Under the pieces are notes generated by a model. That model searched no databases, was not told the origin of the DNA, and worked only from the letters and a program-made list of their open reading frames with translations. The translations under genes were made by a program, and so were the position numbers. Source: an uncultured bacterium (GTDB lineage Bacteria > CSSED10-310 > CAZUFC01). Taken from it: DNA of 25,671 nt. Positions 9,235 through 18,092 of the stretch are shown here, piece after piece (position 1 is the stretch's first letter; each line of letters begins with the position of its first letter). The stretch lies in the NCBI GenBank assembly GCA_964619725.1, contig CAZUFC010000112.1, positions 1 to 25,671 on the forward strand. Direction: 5' to 3'.

Positions 9235-10046
9235 TATTTACCTTCCTTCGTTATTACACGGGATGGAACACTTTTATTTCCTTTGAACAGACGATCATCC
9301 GAGTCCAATTTTTTGATTTTTCTTTGTTGCAAAATAGGCCGAGACGGCATGTCTGTAAAAGCAGGCAGCTCTTTACACCACCTTACATAATCTATCCAGA
9401 ATTCCGTCTCGCCGACCGTTCCTCCCGTTTCACTGTTGGAAAAAACGTTAAACAAAACTTTCATCTCAGATAATCTAAGTTCATCATCTTTTTCCAGGAA
9501 ATCGATTATCGGAATGCACAGTTCCTGCCATTCATCCTTAGGCTCCAGATAGTCCGAAATCAAAATCCAGGATTTTTCATTTCCCTCGTAAATATTATGG
9601 GAGCGTATTCCGATCCCAAATTCAATCGTTGATCGGAAGCAAAAACATAGATATCCGTTCCTGTATTCGTTCATGTCTATAGTGTCCGGCGTATCGAATA
9701 AACCACATTGAATAAACCAACCCGCCCATCCGTTGGGAAAGGGAACATTTAAGACAGTTTTCATGCTGTGATTCGGCTCGCAATATGTCCCGGAAGTTTC
9801 TTCTATTTCTATAGCGGCTTCTCCTCCACGGTATACTCCAATTTTACAATCCTCATTCAGATGACAACACGGTTCGTTCTGACTGTCTGAATAGAGTCCG
9901 AAACAATGTTCCTCGGTCTGTGTTTGAGTGGGAGCCGGATCAGGTTCTGTCGCGCATTCGTCGTCACATCCTATCAACGAACAGAAAAAAATCGCGGGAA
10001 TCATTAAGAAAAATTTAGGTTTTTTCATCGCTTTTTTGTATTTCAT
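9234..10046 (-). CDS. Lipoprotein with one copy of the Cys-rich ~180-aa repeat domain of the 3118-6582 protein
   Basis: Lipobox LIGC (Cys27); domain ~9375-9906 (YCEPNHSMK..AGWFIQCG..FGIGIRS..KVLFNVFSNSETGGT..FWIDYVRWC) aligns with the four repeats; GGAGG RBS and ATGA overlap with the upstream gene. Confidence 0.85.
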   Translation of the reverse strand: MKYKKAMKKPKFFLMIPAIFFCSLIGCDDECATEPDPAPTQTQTEEHCFGLYSDSQNEPCCHLNEDCKIGVYRGGEAAIEIEETSGTYCEPNHSMKTVLNVPFPNGWAGWFIQCGLFDTPDTIDMNEYRNGYLCFCFRSTIEFGIGIRSHNIYEGNEKSWILISDYLEPKDEWQELCIPIIDFLEKDDELRLSEMKVLFNVFSNSETGGTVGETEFWIDYVRWCKELPAFTDMPSRPILQQRKIKKLDSDDRLFKGNKSVPSRVITKEGK

Positions 10047-11017
10047 ATTCCTTTACCTCCCAGGAAAGTCGAACTTCTTATGCCAACAAGAACATCGCCT
10101 TCCGGTCTGTACGAAGGCACGTAATCCACGTTCGGCAAATACCAGACGTTTAAATACTCAATATAAGCAAAAATTTTTGTGGATTTTAAATTTACAGGAG
10201 TCCGACCTTCGTATAGGTTGAATCTCAAACCCGGTCCGTACTTAATGAAATTATTGAAATCAACGTCGTTCCAAGCGCATTCCTGGTAAGCATCCCATTT
10301 CAGTTCCGTTCTGTAATACAAGGAGAAACTTTTATATTGCATGCCCGCTGACGGCGAGAATCCCAGAATGCTGAAATTTTCCTTCTCCTTTACGAAAAAA
10401 TTAGTTCTCGAATAGGAGAATCCGATCGAAATTTCCAACCACCAGTTTCTCCAGGATAATTTTTGTTTTTCATGCCTCCCTTTTAAAAATATCCAGGATT
10501 CAAATCCGTACTTTACATCATAATCCGGCCGGTGACCCGTATAGCTCTCAACATTCGGTAAATAATCGATCTTCAGATATTCGGCAAAAACATTTGTCGT
10601 GAATGTTTCCAGTCTCCTGACAGGTTTTGACGCAATCTGCAACCGTACTCCTCCCCCATAAACAATATTGTTGTTCCAATCATTGTCGTTCCACGGTTCG
10701 TTCGTCCCGAAATCCTTTATTACTTTGAATTTTACGTATGGATTGAACGAGGCATTAATGGAGCTTTTTCCTTTCGGAAATGTCGTCAACTTCATGCCCG
10801 CCTGCATTTCTATCTTTCCCAGAAAATAATCCTCATAATCCTCCACGTAAAAATCGTTCCGGCTCCAACCTAAGTCGGTCTCTATTTCCCACCACCATTG
10901 TTCGTGTATTTTCAGTCCGGACATTGTTTCCTCTGCTTGCAGCGTCGAAATTATCAGGGGATGAAGGCAAATGAATATAATTAAGACAAGTTTTGTTCTT
11001 AAATGATTCATCAACAT
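10043..11017 (-). CDS. Putative outer-membrane beta-barrel protein with a two-fold internal repeat
   Basis: AAGGAGG RBS before ATG 11017; signal peptide ending LQA|EE; alternating aromatic/hydrophobic strands; halves share WWxEI, WNDxDxNNxIxYGxGxR, EYLxxxYLPNV and RPxxDVxxG. It lacks a terminal Phe, so the barrel call is inferential. Confidence 0.62.
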   Translation of the reverse strand: MLMNHLRTKLVLIIFICLHPLIISTLQAEETMSGLKIHEQWWWEIETDLGWSRNDFYVEDYEDYFLGKIEMQAGMKLTTFPKGKSSINASFNPYVKFKVIKDFGTNEPWNDNDWNNNIVYGGGVRLQIASKPVRRLETFTTNVFAEYLKIDYLPNVESYTGHRPDYDVKYGFESWIFLKGRHEKQKLSWRNWWLEISIGFSYSRTNFFVKEKENFSILGFSPSAGMQYKSFSLYYRTELKWDAYQECAWNDVDFNNFIKYGPGLRFNLYEGRTPVNLKSTKIFAYIEYLNVWYLPNVDYVPSYRPEGDVLVGIRSSTFLGGKGI

Positions 11018-11281
11018 GCGATTCCTCCTTAATTGACCGATCATGACTGACCGAAATTTACTTAATTTATTGAAGACTTTGAAATCAATCACGTTTTTCG
11101 AAATTTTCATATCTGAGTCCACCGAGAGAAAAAATTATAAAAATGATCTCTATGCCGGCTCTGTGATTCTCAGAATCAAAAAATTTAATCTCCTTAGAAA
11201 AAAAATTCCTACTTTTTTGGTGTTGATAACCGTTCACCAAAATACACATGCTCGAACAGATTACAAAATTTTTCCTCTTCT

Positions 11282-11310
11282 AAAATAAACATTAAATTTT
11301 TGTTTGTCAA
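11282..11310 (-). promoter_or_regulatory. Candidate sigma70 promoter for the leftward barrel/lipoprotein operon
   Basis: Minus strand TTGACA (11310-11305) - 17 bp - TATTTT (11287-11282); the AT-rich context weakens the call. Confidence 0.4.
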
Positions 11311-11480
11311 CAATTTGAATTTTTGTCTTAGCGCTTCATTCATGGTGGTGATTTTCAATTCATCCAGCTTCTTCAGGCATATGATCGGAAATTCATTCAA
11401 TCAACAAAGCGAACCTGACTCGCGCAAAATATGAGATGCCGTAAGCGAAATTAATTTCACCCGAATAGGGAAAATATCAT

Positions 11481-11508
11481 TTGACAAAAGTCCCATTGCA
11501 TGAATAAT
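11481..11508 (+). promoter_or_regulatory. Candidate sigma70 promoter for the SBP-CHAT operon
   Basis: TTGACA (11481-11486) - 16 bp - AATAAT (11503-11508); GGAGGAG RBS before ATG 11654. Confidence 0.4.
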
Positions 11509-11653
11509 CGTATATTGAGAATAATAGTACCCGTTAATCTGTGAAAAGCAAGGGCTATGAAGAAGAAAATTTTTCGTTAAAGTAATTTGCAAAAGAGGGA
11601 TTTGCGTTGATTCATTATAATTTTCACAGAGAATAATTGGAGGAGAAAAATAA

Positions 11654-14428
11654 ATGAGCGGTGTCAGAACCTTTCAAAAGTTATCGGCCATAACGCTATT
11701 GATTTTAAGTTGCCTAAATGTCGCAAATGCGGGTGAAGATAACGGGCTGATTATCTGGATACCGCCTAATGAGATAGAGTATTTCAAAGGCGCGGCGGGA
11801 CGAGATGAAATTTTTCCTGAACCCGGAGAAATAGAATCATTTTTCAGAGATGTCCATAAATTTTTCAAAGAAAAGCATGATATAGATTTGTCTATTCAGA
11901 TAAGATTGAGTGATGTCTGTAAAAAAGCATTGCAAGATGAGCATTTTGCCCGTCAGGTTTTAGGGCAGAAAATGATTTTTCAAGAAATTAACAAATTCAT
12001 TCAGGATTACGATTACAAAAGGATTATTGAGATCAGATTCTTCGATTGGGAAGAACTGCTTGAAATTCTGGAAAACATGGCTTTGGGCGAAGATAATGAA
12101 CTGCCTCACCTTATTGCCGCTCCATCCACCTGGATAGCTCATCTGGCTTCAAAAGGAGTTCTCATACCCATCGAAGCCGACAGAGAAAATTATGTCGAAC
12201 AATCATTGGAAACATGCATGGTCAAACGTTTTTTTTTGAAATGCAATGATTGCAATTACTTTGCGAAAAGAATCTTCAGAATATTCGGAGCGGATTACGG
12301 CAAGAGTACGGTATACGCCCTTCCATTCTACGTCGACGTGCGCTTTTTCTACTATTGGAAATCTCTTTTTCCCGACAGAAAGTTTGATAACAGAGGAATA
12401 TTTGAAGAAATATTGAATAGCGTCGTGAAAAAACAGCGTAATGAAGAAAAAGTTATTCCGCCGCTATGCATTTCTACGGAAATGGACTGGGATTTGTTGC
12501 ACTTCTTCAGTCTCGTGCTCTGGGGGGCAGGCGGAGATTGGAACGAATTCCCGGCTTTTTTACAAGAGGAACCATCCGATGATGCAGTTGATTCTTTAAA
12601 CAGGCTTCATGGGAATAATGACCTTCAAAAAGCCTGTTATTTACGTGAAAAACGATCCACTATTGAAAATCGTTTCCTCAAAAAGGAATTCGGCAGTATG
12701 ATAACCGGTCTGTGGATGCTGGCCAAATTGAAACATCAGCTTGGAGAAAATTGGAACGAACAGGTCGGAATCGAATTGCCCCCTTTTAATGTCAATGGTC
12801 CTAAGAAAACGTTTATAGGCGGTTTGCATCTCGCTCTTTCGCCGCGTGCAGAAAATAACGAATATGCTGTAGAGTTCATAAAGTTTCTCACGACGGAATC
12901 TGTTCAACGTCATTCTCAAGACATATTCATTATTCCGGGCGATAAAAAAGCATTCGATGACATTCCCGACACGCCTGTAAACCGAATATTGAAGCAGGGA
13001 GTTAAAAACTCAAAATATTATCCGCGTTTCGAAGAGTGGGCATCAATTGAATCGGAATTAACCCGTAATCAACTATTTTGTCTTTTTAAACACATTTCTG
13101 AAGGACAGAAAGAACTCAGCAAACAGGATATCGAAGCGGTGCAAGGATATTTCGGATACCTTGGTCGAAAAATATATTTTACGCCTCTTATTCCCTTTTT
13201 GGCGATTTTGATTTTTGTCATTCTGGCAATCACGGTGAGGTGGTGGTATTACGGATCTAAACGACGGCTGAAAAAAATAATATCAAAGATCAACCCCAAG
13301 TATAAAAATTTTACGGTTACAATCGATTGTCCCTTCGAAAAAGAGAAAAAAATCTATAAGACGGCTTTTATCAAACGATCTAGGGGATGGGCGAATAATA
13401 CCGTAAAAGAAACAGTGAATTTGAATTCACAGACATTCACACTTCTTCGGCAATATGCTGCTGATAGGGCAAATTTAAGTAACATCCAGACAAGCGAACT
13501 GAAAAAATTCGGTAACCTTCTTGCCGAGATCGCTTTGCCGGGTAAAATATTCTACGAATTTAACGAAAAAATAAGACAAATTCAGAAAAAGCGCAAAAAA
13601 TTGCGCCTGCGTCTCAATATTGAGTGCGACGAACTGCGTGAGCTTCCCTGGGAATATTTATATTTCAATCCGGATGAATTGAAACCAGGAAAATTGCGCA
13701 AGTCGGAATGGATGCGGAAAGTGTTCCTGGGCCTGAATCCCGATGTTTCCATAGTGAGATTCCCCGAGTTTGGTACAAAAAAAGTTAAAGGGTTTACCAG
13801 AAAATTAAAAATACTGATCGTAATTTCCAATCCTGCTGCAGGAAGATGGGTCGATCTCGCTAACGCTGAAAAAGAAGAGGATATTATTAGAACAGCTTTC
13901 AGTAAAAAAAGGAAGGTGTCCATAGAGACCCTTAAAAAATGTGGGAATCAGCTCGTAACTGCACAAAATCTCCTCCAAACAATACAATCATATAAACCAG
14001 ATATCATTCACTTGATCATGCACGGATGCCCCAGGAATGACCCTGATGTTCAAGAAGATTCTTTGGTGATGGAAAGTCAAACTGCTCTTCAGTATGAGTA
14101 TTTTTCTTTGGAGACGTTTCTGAATAGAGTCAGAGAAGCTCATGTAAAGATGCTTGTCTTTTCTGCATGTTATATAGGAGGTTCTGAACTCCTTTCCACG
14201 GATACTAATGAAATACCGTTAATCATCGGCAGCCGGTTCGAGTTGCCGGAAAACTGCGGGCTCATCTTCACCAAAGCGTTTTACGAAGCGTTTTCAGATC
14301 ATCTTTACCTGGATGAATGCATATCTTCAGGAAGGCAATACCTGTATGCAGACCAGATTGATGAATTGCCCGTATGGGGACATATCAACTTTTACTGCAA
14401 CAGCAATAAAAATTTTCTTTGGATATGA
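11654..14428 (+). CDS. Extracytoplasmic sugar solute-binding domain - TM helix - cytoplasmic CHAT (caspase-like) protease fusion
   Basis: Signal peptide ..NVANA|GED. Sugar-SBP motifs IEIRFFDWEEL, LPHLIAAPSTWIAHLASKGVLIPI, VYALPFYVDVRFFYYWKSLF, TFIGGLHLAL, AVEFIKFLT. TM helix at ~13172-13251. CHAT motifs LRLRLNI..ELPWEYL, LKILIVISNP, PDIIHLIMHG (His790), MLVFSAC (Cys839), FTKAFYEA. Confidence 0.88.
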   Translation: MSGVRTFQKLSAITLLILSCLNVANAGEDNGLIIWIPPNEIEYFKGAAGRDEIFPEPGEIESFFRDVHKFFKEKHDIDLSIQIRLSDVCKKALQDEHFARQVLGQKMIFQEINKFIQDYDYKRIIEIRFFDWEELLEILENMALGEDNELPHLIAAPSTWIAHLASKGVLIPIEADRENYVEQSLETCMVKRFFLKCNDCNYFAKRIFRIFGADYGKSTVYALPFYVDVRFFYYWKSLFPDRKFDNRGIFEEILNSVVKKQRNEEKVIPPLCISTEMDWDLLHFFSLVLWGAGGDWNEFPAFLQEEPSDDAVDSLNRLHGNNDLQKACYLREKRSTIENRFLKKEFGSMITGLWMLAKLKHQLGENWNEQVGIELPPFNVNGPKKTFIGGLHLALSPRAENNEYAVEFIKFLTTESVQRHSQDIFIIPGDKKAFDDIPDTPVNRILKQGVKNSKYYPRFEEWASIESELTRNQLFCLFKHISEGQKELSKQDIEAVQGYFGYLGRKIYFTPLIPFLAILIFVILAITVRWWYYGSKRRLKKIISKINPKYKNFTVTIDCPFEKEKKIYKTAFIKRSRGWANNTVKETVNLNSQTFTLLRQYAADRANLSNIQTSELKKFGNLLAEIALPGKIFYEFNEKIRQIQKKRKKLRLRLNIECDELRELPWEYLYFNPDELKPGKLRKSEWMRKVFLGLNPDVSIVRFPEFGTKKVKGFTRKLKILIVISNPAAGRWVDLANAEKEEDIIRTAFSKKRKVSIETLKKCGNQLVTAQNLLQTIQSYKPDIIHLIMHGCPRNDPDVQEDSLVMESQTALQYEYFSLETFLNRVREAHVKMLVFSACYIGGSELLSTDTNEIPLIIGSRFELPENCGLIFTKAFYEAFSDHLYLDECISSGRQYLYADQIDELPVWGHINFYCNSNKNFLWI

Positions 14429-14509
14429 CGAATTTGTTTAAGGCAAATAAATAGACATATGACTCACGACGAGTCCCAACAATTTTTAAGCGAATAGAGA
14501 GGTGCAGAA

Positions 14510-16456
14510 ATGTTCAATTCTATAAGAGTTAAAAAAATGTGTTTTGTCCCGCTCCTGTTGACCGCCTTTTTGGGTTGTGCGGCAAAAACCGAGCCAGCAA
14601 TTAAAAAAACAAATGGAAGAAACTCCGACGCAGAAAATTCAAAAGCTGTAATGGAGAAATCCCCGGAAGAAAAAGGATATGCCCATCTAAACGAGGTCAT
14701 GGATAAGCATCAGGAAAAGTTCTACGTATACCTGGACGGATACGAGGCCGGAAACCGGTTCATCCCTTCGGGTTGGATGGGCGACTACGGAGATATTATT
14801 TTCGATGAAGCCTGGACCAAAAATCCTCATTCCGGAAGCTCCTGCACGATGATCACCTACCTGGCGGAGGGTTATCAGAAAGAGTATTGGGCCGGCATAT
14901 ACTGGCAATCGCAAAATGATAACTGGGGCGAACAGCCGGGATATCCCCTGCAAGATGCAGATAAAGTGATATTCTGGGCCAGAGGCGCTCACGGAGGCGA
15001 GCGAATAGAGTTTAAAGCCGGAGGCATCAACCGACCTCCATATAATAATGACGAGAAACCATACAGTGATTCCTTCGGACCGGTCAGCACAGGCATAACA
15101 ACGTTAAGAAAAAAATGGACTCGATACGAAATAGACCTTTCTAAAGAAAACCTTAATTCAGTCATAGGAGGGTTCTGCTGGGTTACGAACAAAAGAGAAA
15201 ATCCGAAGGGCTGCACGTTTTATCTTGATGACGTTTACTACAATAAGTCGAACCTGGATGAATTAAGGTTTCTGGTCAGTTATGAACTGCCGTCGATACC
15301 CGAATACAAAGCCCTCAAAAACGTGGCGTTTGTATACGATAATGCACTGGTCATTCTGGCGTTCTTAGCGCGTGGAACGAAAGAAGATATTCGCAGGGCC
15401 GCCTTATTGGCCGATGCAGCCGTGTACGCTCAAAGAAACGACCGTTTTTTCTGCGAAGAAAAATACGACGGAAGATTGAGGAATGCCTACAGGGCGGGTC
15501 CGCTAGTCGATCCCTTCAGTAAAGAAGCTCTGCTGCCGGGTTGGATGGATAGGGCGGATGAGAAATGGTACGAGGATAAATTTAACGTTTCTACGCATAC
15601 GGGAAACGTCGCCTGGATGATGATCGCATTGCTGGATTATTATGATGCGAGCAGAAATGAAAAATACCTTGCGGCTGCAGAACAAATGGGAAAGTGGATT
15701 CATCAGAATTGTTTCGATGATTACGGATTCGCCGGATATACGGGCGGTTATGAAGGTTGGGAACCGGACGAAAATAATCCGGAAGGCCAGGAAAAATTGC
15801 TGTGGAAATCTACAGAACACAACATTGACGTCTATGTCGCTTTTATGCGTTTGTTTCAACAGACCGGCGATTCCAAATGGAAAGAATGGGCCCTGCATGC
15901 AAAAAAATTCGTGGAGTCGATGTGGAACCATGAAGACGGCCATTTTTGGACGGGGACTCAGAAAAAATGCGCTGAAACAACCGAATACGTTAATAAGGGG
16001 CCTATTCCGTTAGACGTTAATACCTGGGCTGTTATGGCGCTTGGAAACGTCAGTAAATACGGCAGGGGAATTGAATTTATCGAAAAAAAATGCAAGGTGA
16101 CCGATTCTTCTGAAGAATCCTGTCAGGGTTACAAGGGATTCGATTTCAACGACGATAAAGACGGAATCTGGTTTGAAGGTACAGCCCAGGCATGCATAGC
16201 CTACCAGATAATGAATGACGATCAAATCGCGGATAATTACCTCGACCAACTGAGAAAAGTCCAGAAAGAGGCAAAATACGGCAATGGGAAAGGAATTATT
16301 GCCGCCTGCAAGGAAGACCTTACCACTGGTTTCGATTGGATATATTTCGACCGGCTGCATATAGGCGCCACAGCATGGTTTCTCCTGGCCGAACAAGAGT
16401 ATAATCCTTACTGGGGTATAAAAACTGATTCGCCCATCCCCTTTGAAGATTTGTAA
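14510..16456 (+). CDS. Lipoprotein: CBM-like N-terminal domain + (alpha/alpha)6 six-hairpin glycosidase-like domain
   Basis: Lipobox FLGC (Cys23). N-domain FIPSGWMGD..WAGIYWQ..NWG..FWARGAHGGERIEFKAGG..FYLDDVYY resembles the N-domain of the GH-A protein. Helical barrel motifs YDNALVILAFL, TGNVAWMMIALL, KSTEHNID, PLDVNTWA, DGIWFEGTAQ. Confidence 0.78.
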   Translation: MFNSIRVKKMCFVPLLLTAFLGCAAKTEPAIKKTNGRNSDAENSKAVMEKSPEEKGYAHLNEVMDKHQEKFYVYLDGYEAGNRFIPSGWMGDYGDIIFDEAWTKNPHSGSSCTMITYLAEGYQKEYWAGIYWQSQNDNWGEQPGYPLQDADKVIFWARGAHGGERIEFKAGGINRPPYNNDEKPYSDSFGPVSTGITTLRKKWTRYEIDLSKENLNSVIGGFCWVTNKRENPKGCTFYLDDVYYNKSNLDELRFLVSYELPSIPEYKALKNVAFVYDNALVILAFLARGTKEDIRRAALLADAAVYAQRNDRFFCEEKYDGRLRNAYRAGPLVDPFSKEALLPGWMDRADEKWYEDKFNVSTHTGNVAWMMIALLDYYDASRNEKYLAAAEQMGKWIHQNCFDDYGFAGYTGGYEGWEPDENNPEGQEKLLWKSTEHNIDVYVAFMRLFQQTGDSKWKEWALHAKKFVESMWNHEDGHFWTGTQKKCAETTEYVNKGPIPLDVNTWAVMALGNVSKYGRGIEFIEKKCKVTDSSEESCQGYKGFDFNDDKDGIWFEGTAQACIAYQIMNDDQIADNYLDQLRKVQKEAKYGNGKGIIAACKEDLTTGFDWIYFDRLHIGATAWFLLAEQEYNPYWGIKTDSPIPFEDL

Positions 16457-16479
16457 GACAACTTAACAAGTATCGCCTG

Positions 16480-17772
16480 TCAGGGAGAAAAGAACAGGCC
16501 GGTTCCAGGATGACCGAAAAGCTGATAAGCCAGCCAGGTCGGATCATTTTCATCATGGAAAAACCTGTTTTTGATTTCCTGCCGTGCTTGGCGCATCGCT
16601 CTTCCCACGGGTTGATCATGCAGGACGAGGGACTCATACAACTTTTTAGCGAAGTAAAAAGCCGAATGGTCCCTCGGCGTCCATGCATGACCGATAAATA
16701 TCTCAGCGCCTGCCTTCATAAACAAAGGCGCCCACCCGGTTATCCCGCTTAATCCATACCCATGCCGCGACGAATGCGGACAATTCATGAATATCATGGG
16801 TCCTTTAAGCGACGAATCCTTGCAGAACTTTTTACATAGCTTCATCTTCAATGAAAGAGGTTTGACGCAACTCATCACTGCCTCATCAAAAACCAGCGGC
16901 GTCAAATCATCCAGGACGTCCGTGGCGACATTATGGGCCGCAATATGCAATACGTCGAAATCCCATTCATCAATTATCCTGTGAAAATGATCCTTGTCTT
17001 TCACTCTTATTATTTCAAGAGGTTTTTCCGAAAGCTTTGATTTCTTACGGAATATTTCTGTAATCATCTCCGCTTCCGTGATTTCACCCACCTCATCATC
17101 AATTACACTGAAATTAGTCATTTTCGGCTGAACGATCACTACTCTCTCCACGCTTATCCGATTATGATCGGATGCCCGGCTGCAGGGCTGCCTTGCTGCT
17201 GATGAAATTTCGGGCAAAAAACGCCCCTCATGGAAAAGAAGTTCAAAGGGTACAAAAGGATCATTTATGCGGTAAAGCATATCATCGCTGTTTCTTCCGA
17301 AAAGATATTCCTTCTCCGAACCGCTGAGAAGCATATCGGTAAAATCACTCAAAATGCCGCTCAGATCGTCAGCCATATCAGGCTCAATCCTCTCTGCGTA
17401 ACGACTCATGCATTGAAGAAGTTCGCGCCCAATTTTCGCTATGTCAAAAGGGAAATCCTTCTCATAAAACTTTTCGGTGCCGCTGCCGATTAATCCGGTC
17501 CGCATTTCGACTCTGCTTCCCGAAGATTTTCTGAAATGACGAAAATCGGCCATATGCGTATCACTACCGGTTAAGCCAGAATCCGACTGTAATAATGATC
17601 CGCATCCTTTCGCTTCTTCATCATTCCTTTCATCAACTAAATCGAGCGTTGGACGCTCAAACCCCTCATTATCCATATCATGCAAAGCGCAAGAAGCGCA
17701 TGCTCCCTTTTTTCGATTCCAATTTACGGCTTGATTCATAATGAGTTTACCGCTTTTCGTCGTCTGGTTCAT
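16480..17772 (-). CDS. Cytoplasmic CHAT-domain protein with a non-canonical active site
   Basis: GGGAGG RBS; PFVPFELL, FDVLHIAAHN, MIFMNCPHS, GWAPLFMKAGAEIFIGHAWTPRDHSAFYFAKKLYESL, VGRAMRQAR, DPTWLAYQLFGHP (typical CHAT C-terminus). Confidence 0.88.
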   Translation of the reverse strand: MNQTTKSGKLIMNQAVNWNRKKGACASCALHDMDNEGFERPTLDLVDERNDEEAKGCGSLLQSDSGLTGSDTHMADFRHFRKSSGSRVEMRTGLIGSGTEKFYEKDFPFDIAKIGRELLQCMSRYAERIEPDMADDLSGILSDFTDMLLSGSEKEYLFGRNSDDMLYRINDPFVPFELLFHEGRFLPEISSAARQPCSRASDHNRISVERVVIVQPKMTNFSVIDDEVGEITEAEMITEIFRKKSKLSEKPLEIIRVKDKDHFHRIIDEWDFDVLHIAAHNVATDVLDDLTPLVFDEAVMSCVKPLSLKMKLCKKFCKDSSLKGPMIFMNCPHSSRHGYGLSGITGWAPLFMKAGAEIFIGHAWTPRDHSAFYFAKKLYESLVLHDQPVGRAMRQARQEIKNRFFHDENDPTWLAYQLFGHPGTGLFFSP

Positions 17773-18092
17773 GAGTTCCTCCCGAAAAGTGCCATCCTCT
17801 CTTCTACATTATTAGAAGCGGGATTCTCTAAATATTTCAGAAAGGCAGCGGAATCTGGCGGGATGAGCATTCAGTTCAGCAAAAAGGACAACGGCGAGTT
17901 GCAGCTTACATTGCAGTAGACGGATGACTGCGTTTCCGTTAATTCAGCGCCGGTGCGTCCTTAAAATTTCCGAAAGTATTATACCCTGTTAAAAGGAAGT
18001 TTCCTTGAGTCATCTTCGGCTAAGAGGCTTCGACTTTCAGGTCTTTATTGTCATGACCAGAATGATCAAGAAGGGTGCCCGCAGTATCCTCG

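Noticed and set aside
11209-11592. Two 63-aa minus-strand ORFs in the divergent intergenic region
   Set aside because: No recognisable motif or convincing RBS; they overlap candidate promoters in AT-rich DNA.
15503-16752. Numerous 60-170-aa ORFs antisense to or nested in long genes (here and throughout, e.g. 21780-22280, 23557-24024)
   Set aside because: Shadow ORFs of well-supported CDSs with no domain signal.
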